DNA from: Coleofasciculus sp. B1-GNL1-01
Lineage (GTDB): Bacteria; Cyanobacteriota; Cyanobacteriia; Cyanobacteriales; Coleofasciculaceae
Assembly: GCA_040220235.1 (NCBI GenBank)
Contig: JAVJTO010000041.1
Reading direction: 5' to 3' (one strand)
DNA: 20,622 bases
Part shown: positions 1 to 7,244 of the stretch, one piece after another
Position numbering within the stretch: position 1 is the first letter of the stretch
Layout: each line of letters begins with the position of its first letter
Made by a program: the position numbers and the translations under genes
The notes under the pieces: generated by a model
The model's input: the letters and a program-made list of their open reading frames with translations, nothing else
Told to the model about the DNA's origin: nothing
Database searches by the model: none

Positions 1-125
1 GAGATGTAGCAGCCGCCCAAGTAGTCTGTATTCGTGGACTTGCAGCCGTGGGACACACGGTCAAGATGCTTTCTGAGGGTAAATTCATTGGAATCCCTAT
101 GACGGAAGAATCACCCGCGCTTTAA
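1..125 (+). CDS. tnpB: 3' end of IS200/IS605-family TnpB (partial, runs off the left edge)
   Basis: Frame from nt 3 reads DVAAAQVVCIRGLAAVGHTVKMLSEGKFIGIPMTEESPAL* (TAA 123-125). This matches the (R)DxxAA RuvC-III motif and the tail typical of cyanobacterial TnpB. Not in the ORF track. Confidence 0.8.
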   Translation, partial: DVAAAQVVCIRGLAAVGHTVKMLSEGKFIGIPMTEESPAL

Positions 126-141
126 GCCGGGTGAGTGTCAA
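1..141 (+). mobile_element. Right part and right end of an IS200/IS605-family element
   Basis: Subterminal imperfect hairpin TCACCCG-cGCTT-T-AAGC-CGGGTGA (111-134), then GTG and TCAA (138-141), the usual right-end tetranucleotide of this family. An unrelated coding frame resumes immediately after it. Confidence 0.8.
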
Positions 142-142
142 C

Positions 143-292
143 TGCTTGCAATGTGGTCAATCGTTTCCACTCGATCACTGCCCTGTGCAAGAATTTGAAG
201 ACCATTTGCAGCCCTCAGTTCCGTTCAAAATCTACTATCACACCCTGGAATTTTTCGGACTCTGTGAACCCTGCACCCATCAAATTTATTAG
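143..292 (+). pseudogene. zur: C-terminal half of a Zur (FurB-type) zinc uptake regulator, cut by the IS element
   Basis: Translates as CLQCGQSFPLDHCPVQEFEDHLQPSVPFKIYYHTLEFFGLCEPCTHQIY*. It has two CxxC motifs plus the CPV and HTLEFFGLC signatures of cyanobacterial Zur. There is no start codon and the frame begins right after the IS TCAA end. Confidence 0.85.
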
Positions 293-327
293 TGATTGCT
301 CGGTTTCTCTAACAACAAGCTAAAAAT

Positions 328-555
328 TCACTGAGAAATGCTGCTGTTTACGTTTTGAAATCCTCTTCCAGAGCCATAGCGAACAGTTTTGAATTCAATT
401 CGGTTGGAATTGGGGTGATAAAGCGTATACGTGGCTTGACCAGGGATACGTCCAACATTGCCAACGCCAACAATCTGCCGAGGTTTTACCAAAGTGGCTT
501 GTGGCGAGGCAGCTAAATTCCCTTCAATTCCACTTAAAATTGCCCAGTTTTTCAT
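328..555 (-). pseudogene. Internally deleted metallophosphoesterase-like protein of the type found in cyanobacterial zinc-starvation loci
   Basis: The N-terminus WAILSGIEGNLAA is a variant of the first calcineurin-like motif (SDIHGNL). It is joined directly to a C-terminus with GVGNVGR..GQATYTLY..RIEFKTVRY. The central part of the fold is missing (75 aa only). Confidence 0.6.
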
Positions 556-623
556 TGTTTATTCCTTCATTGTCAAGTATCAAACTCTATTAGATTAGCT
601 CTAGCCGTCTTGTTTTCTATATG

Positions 624-665
624 GAATAAATCCCCCACAGCCATCACGCCTAGGGGGACTTATTC
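624..665 (-). terminator. Stem-loop downstream of the PEP-CTERM gene (terminator or RNA stabiliser)
   Basis: The minus strand reads GAATAAGTCCCCC...GGGGGATTTATTC, a 13-bp stem with one G-U pair, about 15 nt after the stop at 681. The U-tract is weak. Confidence 0.55.
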
Positions 666-680
666 AGGGAACGACTAATA

Positions 681-1598
681 TTAATCAGCTTGACCCTTGC
701 TCGGATGCTTCTTGAAAAATGCCAGTAACCCCAACATAGTAAATCCTAACAAGGTAGAAGGTTCTGGCACAGACTCTACCTGAAAGTCTAAGAAAAATCG
801 ACCGGATGAAGCCAAAGGTGTATGACTATTTTCTTCGTTAACATCAACTAAGCGGAATTCGGCGGTGTAAGTCCCTAGTGGTGCTGATTTATCGGTATAA
901 AATGTGGGAGTGAATGAGAAGTTATCCCCAGAACCAATAATATAGCGATCGCCAATTGAGCTAAAGAGATCTGCGCCCGTAGAATCAGCAACCTGCAAAC
1001 CATCTGTAATCGATAGCAGTTCGAGCGCCACGGTAGCATCGCCAAGTAAGCCTTGCCAACGACCACCAGAGCTATTGTACAAAGCCTGCGCTCCTGAATC
1101 ATCGATGTCCAGCAAAGATGCTACAGGTTTCATCGTCAAGTTAGTATACTCCGATGAGGGTGTATCTTTGCTAATCAATTGATCGGCAAAAATCCCCTTT
1201 CCTGGCAGGAGGGTAATTGGGGGAAGTCCCGTATAAGTTTCGGGAATTCTGTTGTTAAAATTTGTATCAGAAATTTCGTTATTTAGGGGATCTCCTATGA
1301 AACTGTAACTCCCAATACCGTGGAAATGATTGTTAGTTTCGTCTAGTACTGGGTGTGCGAAGAGAAAGGTGAGCCGATTGTAGTTGGGGTTATTAACAAA
1401 TTGGCTGGGATCGGCTGGATTCGTGAAAATCTCGCGACCATCTACACCAATGTAATAGTGCTGATATTCAGGTTTTTCCTCTGGGCCGGGAATGGGTTCA
1501 GCATGTTGGGCGCGAGCCGTTTCCACTGACGTAAACGACGCAATCGCCGCCAAGGGGACAGCTAACAGGACACTAGTAACAGGCGTTGGTGAACGCAT
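681..1598 (-). CDS. All3515-like Zur-repressed PEP-CTERM surface protein
   Basis: Signal peptide (..TARA-QH), conserved-looking blocks NPNYNRLTFLFAH, HFHGIG and NNRIPE, and a C-terminal VPEPS + hydrophobic helix + basic tail. A Zur box lies directly upstream. Confidence 0.8.
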   Translation of the reverse strand: MRSPTPVTSVLLAVPLAAIASFTSVETARAQHAEPIPGPEEKPEYQHYYIGVDGREIFTNPADPSQFVNNPNYNRLTFLFAHPVLDETNNHFHGIGSYSFIGDPLNNEISDTNFNNRIPETYTGLPPITLLPGKGIFADQLISKDTPSSEYTNLTMKPVASLLDIDDSGAQALYNSSGGRWQGLLGDATVALELLSITDGLQVADSTGADLFSSIGDRYIIGSGDNFSFTPTFYTDKSAPLGTYTAEFRLVDVNEENSHTPLASSGRFFLDFQVESVPEPSTLLGFTMLGLLAFFKKHPSKGQAD

Positions 1599-1625
1599 TT
1601 TTTGCTCTCCGCATTTCTACCGATA

Positions 1626-1659
1626 TGAGAATGATAATCATTATTTTCCAGGTTGTCAA
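1626..1659 (-). promoter_or_regulatory. sigma70-type promoter overlapped by tandem Zur boxes
   Basis: Minus strand TTGACA (1659-1654), 17 nt, TATCAT (1636-1631). Overlapping boxes TGAGAATGATAATCA (1626-1640) and TGATAATCATTATTT (1632-1646) each have 2 mismatches to TGATAATnATTATCA. Confidence 0.75.
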
Positions 1660-1701
1660 GTAAAATTATTACTAAGTATAAATACTTTGATGAACTGATA
1701 G

Positions 1702-1739
1702 AAAAACAGACCCGTTATCCTTTCACTAGAACAGGTCTG
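1702..1739 (-). terminator. Rho-independent terminator of the porin gene
   Basis: The minus strand reads CAGACCTGTT-loop-AACGGGTCTG followed by TTTTT, about 27 nt after the porin stop. Confidence 0.7.
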
Positions 1740-1766
1740 ATCAAAATCATCATTTTTCAGCGAATA

Positions 1767-3728
1767 CTAGAACGTGAAAGTAGTCCGAATTGTGCCAATT
1801 ACAACATCAGAATTCGTGGTTGTTTGGTTGGGTGCTGTTAGCCAAATCACGCCGGGTGTAATCGAGATATTATCCGTCAGTTGATATTTGTAAAAGGCTT
1901 CGATGTGGAATGGAATTGCTCGATTAGGAATCAGTTTAACAGCATCATTTGTCCCAACAAAGTCTTGAAGAGAAGGCGCAATTCCAATTCGGGTGGCGTA
2001 GGGAGGAACACCCACCACGATTCCGCCTAGATTTCCGCGTCTACCTAAATCGGGGAATGCCAGGGAAACCGCATAACTGAATACATCTGCACTCCCTGCT
2101 TCCTGTCCTGTGGGAGGCTGACCCTTAACGTTGGTATAAACAAACCAACCATTAACCGCAAACCCTGGTGTCACTCGCCACATCCCAGCGACACCAAACG
2201 AATCCGCCGAGTATCGAAACGAAGGGGACGCGAGTGTAATATTGACATTGGCTGAGGTTGTACCCACATCATTCAAAAAGAGTGGTAGTCCCGGCGAGTA
2301 GCTGTGATTGTAGGTTAGACCCAGCGCTATGTTGTCATTAGGTTGAAACGTTAACTGCGCTAATGCTCCATATCTGCCGTTAAACAAACCGCCCCCACGA
2401 TTATTGGCTGCACTCAAACTCTCTGGAATGTTTGCTTCCGCCGCTAGATACCCCAGACTGAGACTGACACTGGGGCTAAAACTGTAGGTTAACCCTGCAC
2501 CTGCACCCACACCAATGCGGTAAATCGGGCTGTACTGAGCAAAGGTAGAGATGGAACCCGTTCCTCCATCGTCATCTGCCCAAGTGCTGAAGGTGGTGGG
2601 GAGATAATCTGGATGTTCACCCAAATTGCCGAAAACAGCAACGCGCAGATTCTGCCCTACTGAGAATTTGTAGCTGAGAAGTCCTAATGCTACACTTCCC
2701 GGCTGTTCACTTGCCCAGATATTGAATGTCTGTCCTCCTTCCGGTGAGCTTCCCAGTATTCCTAATACACTCCCCAGGATGGGGTCAGCACCGTAGCGAA
2801 ATGCTCCCGGACGCTGGGGATGGGGAAGATTCCCTGATTCCAGACGGGTCTGTAAGACATCGTTACCCGTAAAGCTGGTGAGTAAGTTTAGGCGTACCCG
2901 ATTGGCAAATACCGTATTGTTGCGGGTGATGCCAACATTAAATGGGTCAGAATCTCCACTCAACACATCAGTTATCGCAAAAATCGCTTCACCGGATAGC
3001 TTCGTCGTAGTGGAAAACTGCTGAGTTTCCAGTTGGGTGGTTCGCGCTTCTAGGGTATCTACTCTACCTTGCAATGCCACCAGTTCGGTGCGAAATTCGT
3101 CAACCAAGCGTTGCAGGGTAGCTAAGTCTTCTTTGCCCACAACATTAGTGGTGTTTCCTGAAATTAAACGCTCGATTTGATTCATACAGGCATTTAACCC
3201 GGCGGCAAATTCGTAGCGCGTCATTGCCCGATTGCCTCGAAAGGTGCCGTCGGGATACCCTGCAATACAGCCGTAGCGTTCAACTAAGCTTCGCAAGGCT
3301 TCATAAGCCCAATCTGTGGGTTGAACATCGGATAGCTGAGATACAGAGGTGACTTGTTCCATTGCCCCATTAGGCGACTCTGCCTCAGAGAGATAGAGAG
3401 AGTCAACCGAGGGTACGTTGTCCGGTGTTACTTCCGGTGAAAAGACTTCAGATGGTGCTGCTGGTGCAACTGGGGTTTCTACTTCAGGATTGGTGATTTC
3501 TAACTCTGTGGAGGAAACAGTTAAGGAATCAGGCATCGACAGTTCGTGCACATCGAGACTCTTTGATTCCGTTAACGGAGACACAGACACGGGGAATTCT
3601 GTACTTTCTACACTCCCTTCTTCCCCCATCAGCACTTCTGGAGTCGTGATGTCGGCGCTGGCAGATAGCGCACAAATCGAAACTCCGAAAGCCGCACCCA
3701 CAAAGGAATTCCACAATATTTTTGGCAT
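1767..3728 (-). CDS. Cyanobacterial outer-membrane porin (SLH domain + OprB-type barrel; 'iron uptake porin' family)
   Basis: Signal peptide, QVTSVSQLSDVQPTDWAYEAL..LVERYGCIAGYPDGTFRGNRAMTRYEFAAGLNAC SLH block, coiled coil, QFSTTTKLSGE barrel start, and C-terminal GTIRTTFTF. Confidence 0.92.
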   Translation of the reverse strand: MPKILWNSFVGAAFGVSICALSASADITTPEVLMGEEGSVESTEFPVSVSPLTESKSLDVHELSMPDSLTVSSTELEITNPEVETPVAPAAPSEVFSPEVTPDNVPSVDSLYLSEAESPNGAMEQVTSVSQLSDVQPTDWAYEALRSLVERYGCIAGYPDGTFRGNRAMTRYEFAAGLNACMNQIERLISGNTTNVVGKEDLATLQRLVDEFRTELVALQGRVDTLEARTTQLETQQFSTTTKLSGEAIFAITDVLSGDSDPFNVGITRNNTVFANRVRLNLLTSFTGNDVLQTRLESGNLPHPQRPGAFRYGADPILGSVLGILGSSPEGGQTFNIWASEQPGSVALGLLSYKFSVGQNLRVAVFGNLGEHPDYLPTTFSTWADDDGGTGSISTFAQYSPIYRIGVGAGAGLTYSFSPSVSLSLGYLAAEANIPESLSAANNRGGGLFNGRYGALAQLTFQPNDNIALGLTYNHSYSPGLPLFLNDVGTTSANVNITLASPSFRYSADSFGVAGMWRVTPGFAVNGWFVYTNVKGQPPTGQEAGSADVFSYAVSLAFPDLGRRGNLGGIVVGVPPYATRIGIAPSLQDFVGTNDAVKLIPNRAIPFHIEAFYKYQLTDNISITPGVIWLTAPNQTTTNSDVVIGTIRTTFTF

Positions 3729-3885
3729 TTTAATTTTTTATCCTCACACCCAATCCGTAAAAAACTTGGCTCATCGGTTTCAGGAGATTGTCGGAATCCG
3801 CGATTATCGCGATCGCTGACTCTGGCACAACTCAACTGGTTCTCGGCTGTCTAGTTGCTCCCTGCTAAAACCACTTATTTCACCA

Positions 3886-3900
3886 TGAGAATAATTATCA
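3886..3900. promoter_or_regulatory. Zur box between the divergent porin and lanM1 genes
   Basis: TGAGAATAATTATCA, 1 mismatch to consensus. It lies 82 nt before lanM1 and about 157 nt before the porin start. Confidence 0.75.
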
Positions 3901-3982
3901 TAATCAGTATTGTCGTGTAAAGTAGAGAACTTGGGGCAGCATCCTAAATAGATAGACGTGAGTTGGGTGCAGGGGGCAAAAA

Positions 3983-6900
3983 ATGATGAGTCAAGACTGT
4001 TTTCAAGCTGCGAACTGGTATCAGGCGTTGAAATTGACCGAAAGGGTGGCATCTTTGGGGGTAAGTGGGCGTCAGATTGCTGAAAATGGGTATAACGCAG
4101 AACTGGCTGAACGGCGAATTCAACGCTGGCGATCGCAAAACCCCTTGACAAAATCCACTTTTTTTGCTATGAAGCTGGCTCAAGAGGGGATAACAGAACA
4201 AGAGTTTCGCTTTCTTTTAGGGGAACCCATGCGATCGCTCCCTCAGCGTTTTCCCACTATTCCAGAATGGCTCAGAGAAATTGAACAGGCTTTTTCTACT
4301 GCTGATCGTTCTAATTTAAAATCTGTTATTACGTCCGATAACTTTCTGTGTGCGATCGCCCCACTGATTCATCAAGGGATTAACCGCTTGCAGGCAGGAC
4401 TTCAAGCCATTGAAGTTAACCAAAACTCTAAAAACAATCCAGAAGATTTATCATCTCAACTGCCTTTCGATGCCAACACCATTTTATCTATATTATTGGC
4501 AGATTTACCCCAGCAGTTACTCTGGATGTTGACTCCGACGATGGTGCTAGAACTCAACGTAGCACGTCTGCAAGAGCTATTATCCGGTAAAACTGCCCAA
4601 GAACGATATGTCAGCTTTTTACAACGTCTCCAAGAGCAAGACGTCGCCATACAACTGTTACAAGACTATCCGGTTCTTGCTCGTCAACTTGCACTTTGTA
4701 TTCAGCAACACATTGAAGTAAAGCTCGAATTTATTCAACGGCTTTGTACAGATTGGGCAGCAATTTACACAGCTTTTAGTCCTGACAAAGAACCGGGGGT
4801 ATTGGAACAAGTTAATTGCAGCATCAGCGATAGCCATAATGGTGGGCGTTCTGTAATTATCGCTAAATTTCAGTCAGGCTTTAAGGTCGTCTATAAGCCA
4901 AAACCTTTAGCGGTAGATGTCCATTTCCAAGACCTTCTCTATTGGATTAATCAAAAGGCTGTTTTTCTGCCATTAAAACCTTTAAAGATTATTAACTGTG
5001 GAACTTATGGCTGGGTGGAATTTATTGAATCATCAAGTTGCAGCCATCGGTCGCAAATCGAGCGCTTTTATCAACGAATGGGGGGATACTTAGCGTTATT
5101 GTATGCACTTGATGCGACAGACTTTCACTTAGAAAACTTAATTGCATCGGGGGAACATCCCATGCCCATTGATTTGGAAACCCTATTCCAGCCTCGTAAA
5201 ATTGAACCCAATTCCCCCGAAGCAATTTTTATAGCAAATCAGCGAATGGCTCAGTCTGTGTTTCGCATTGGCTTACTGCCTCAGCGGTTATGGAGACAGG
5301 GGGAATCGGCGGGGATTGAAGTGAGTGGAATTGGCGCAACCGATGGTCAAATCATGCCAGAACGTATCCTTACTTTGGCGGAAAAAGGAACTGATGAAAT
5401 GCGAATGACTCGGCAGCAAATCCCCCTACCAGAAAGCAAAAATCGACCGCGTTTGCATGAAGCACAAGTGAATGTTTTAGACTACAAAGAGTCAATCATC
5501 ACCGGATTTACAACGATATATCAATTTTTGATGAAACACCAGGATGAATTATTAGCACAGGATGGACTTTTAACTCGCTTTGCCTCGGATGAAGTGCGTG
5601 TGGTTTTGCGTGAAAGTCGAACCTATGCTTTATTATTGCGAGAGAGTTTCCATCCGGATGTTTTACGGGATGCTTTAAATCGCGATCGCTTATTCGATCG
5701 CCTGTGGGTGGATGTGGAAAATCGCTCTTATCTGGCACAGCTAATCAAAGCAGAACAGGAATCATTATGGCAGGGAGACATTCCTAAATTCACCACCTAC
5801 CCCAATTCCCGCGAACTTAGGCTGAATGAACAAAAGCGAATTCCTGATTTTTTTGAGATATCAGGGATGGAACAGGTGCAGCATCGTATACAACAGTTGA
5901 ACCCAGAAGATTTAGCGTGGCAAGTGAGGTTAATCGAGAGTTCTCTTTCTACTCTAGGAATGAAAGCTGAGGCAGTAGAATGGGTAAGTGTGTCTTTGCC
6001 TGAAATTCAGACCATTCCTGAGCAAGAAACCTTAAATTCAGAACTTTTACAAACCGCTTGTGCGATTGCTGAACGCTTGGAGTCATTGGCGTTACGCGAT
6101 GGAGAAATGGCGAGTTGGATTGGCATCAAACTTATGGATAAACACCATTGGACTGTTGCGCCTTTAGGATGGAGTTTGTTTGATGGTATCCCTGGAATTG
6201 CCTTATTTTTTGCCTATTTGGGAGAAGTTACTCAAGAATCACGCTATACAAGACTGGCTCAACAAGCTTTCTTCACATTACAACGTCAAGTCGAGTACGA
6301 TCGCTCTATTATTACCTCCATTGGTGCCTTTGATGGGTGGGGAGGATTGATTTACACCCTGACGCATCTGGGGAGTTTGTGGCGTCAATCCGAATTGTTG
6401 AATCAAGCGTTGGAGTGGGTGGATATCCTGCCCAAATTGATTGAGAATGATAATCACCTGGATGTCATCGGCGGGGTTGCGGGTTGTATTGGGGTGTTGG
6501 TAGCTCTATATCACTGTATTCCGGATGAGCGGATTAAAGCCGTTGCGATTCAATGTGGCGATCGCATAATATCCCAAAATCAACCGATGGAACAGGGTAG
6601 AGCTTGGATGCCTGAAGACGGAACTAACGCCCTAACTGGATTTTCTCACGGTGCAGCAGGGATGGCTTGGGCGCTGTTGGAATTAGCCACATTAACCGGA
6701 GAGGAGCGTTTTCGCTCTTCAGCAGTTGCGGCAATAACTTATGAGCGCAGTCTCTTTTCTCCTGATGCTAAAAATTGGTTAAATTCGGCTGGAGAGCAAG
6801 ATACATTTAGCGTTGCCTGGAGTCATGGTGCCCCTGGAATTGGACTAGCACGATTACATTCCCTCAAACACTTGGACGACGCACAAATTCCCCTGGAGAT

Positions 6901-7228
6901 TAATACTGCCTTAGAAACAACGCTTGCTCATGGCTTTTGTGGAAATCACTCGTTGTGTAACGGGATGCTGGGCAATCTAGAATTTCTCTTACAAGCGAGT
7001 CAAACCCCTAATTATTCAACTTGGCATTCTTCAGTTACTCGTCTTACTGCCAGTATCCTAGAAAGCCTTCACCAGCAGGGTTGGCGTTGCGGACTACCAT
7101 TAGGAGTTGAAACACTAGGGTTAATGACTGGTTTGGCAGGCATTGGTTACGGATTGCTGCGTCTTGCTGCACCTCAAAAAATTCCTTCCATCTTGGTGCT
7201 TTCCCCTCCCAACACCATTTTAGACTGA
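3983..7228 (+). CDS. lanM: Class II lanthipeptide synthetase LanM (LanM1) with degenerate cyclase zinc site
   Basis: Dehydratase motifs SDSHNGG, VYKPK, DFHLENLIA, IDLETLF and GDIPKF are present. The LanC-like domain has GFSHGAAG and GLMTGLAGIGYGLLR, but WSHG and SLCNG replace WCHG and LCHG. Confidence 0.93.
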   Translation: MMSQDCFQAANWYQALKLTERVASLGVSGRQIAENGYNAELAERRIQRWRSQNPLTKSTFFAMKLAQEGITEQEFRFLLGEPMRSLPQRFPTIPEWLREIEQAFSTADRSNLKSVITSDNFLCAIAPLIHQGINRLQAGLQAIEVNQNSKNNPEDLSSQLPFDANTILSILLADLPQQLLWMLTPTMVLELNVARLQELLSGKTAQERYVSFLQRLQEQDVAIQLLQDYPVLARQLALCIQQHIEVKLEFIQRLCTDWAAIYTAFSPDKEPGVLEQVNCSISDSHNGGRSVIIAKFQSGFKVVYKPKPLAVDVHFQDLLYWINQKAVFLPLKPLKIINCGTYGWVEFIESSSCSHRSQIERFYQRMGGYLALLYALDATDFHLENLIASGEHPMPIDLETLFQPRKIEPNSPEAIFIANQRMAQSVFRIGLLPQRLWRQGESAGIEVSGIGATDGQIMPERILTLAEKGTDEMRMTRQQIPLPESKNRPRLHEAQVNVLDYKESIITGFTTIYQFLMKHQDELLAQDGLLTRFASDEVRVVLRESRTYALLLRESFHPDVLRDALNRDRLFDRLWVDVENRSYLAQLIKAEQESLWQGDIPKFTTYPNSRELRLNEQKRIPDFFEISGMEQVQHRIQQLNPEDLAWQVRLIESSLSTLGMKAEAVEWVSVSLPEIQTIPEQETLNSELLQTACAIAERLESLALRDGEMASWIGIKLMDKHHWTVAPLGWSLFDGIPGIALFFAYLGEVTQESRYTRLAQQAFFTLQRQVEYDRSIITSIGAFDGWGGLIYTLTHLGSLWRQSELLNQALEWVDILPKLIENDNHLDVIGGVAGCIGVLVALYHCIPDERIKAVAIQCGDRIISQNQPMEQGRAWMPEDGTNALTGFSHGAAGMAWALLELATLTGEERFRSSAVAAITYERSLFSPDAKNWLNSAGEQDTFSVAWSHGAPGIGLARLHSLKHLDDAQIPLEINTALETTLAHGFCGNHSLCNGMLGNLEFLLQASQTPNYSTWHSSVTRLTASILESLHQQGWRCGLPLGVETLGLMTGLAGIGYGLLRLAAPQKIPSILVLSPPNTILD

Positions 7229-7244
7229 TGGAACCAAATCCAAA

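Noticed and set aside
135..323. 62-aa ORF from the track
   Set aside because: Wrong frame. The recognisable coding frame is the Zur remnant at 143-292, and this ORF starts inside the IS end.
3418..4201. Several overlapping 60-130 aa ORFs around the porin/lanM1 junction, and other antisense ORFs in the track
   Set aside because: They are shadow frames of well-supported genes with no motifs.
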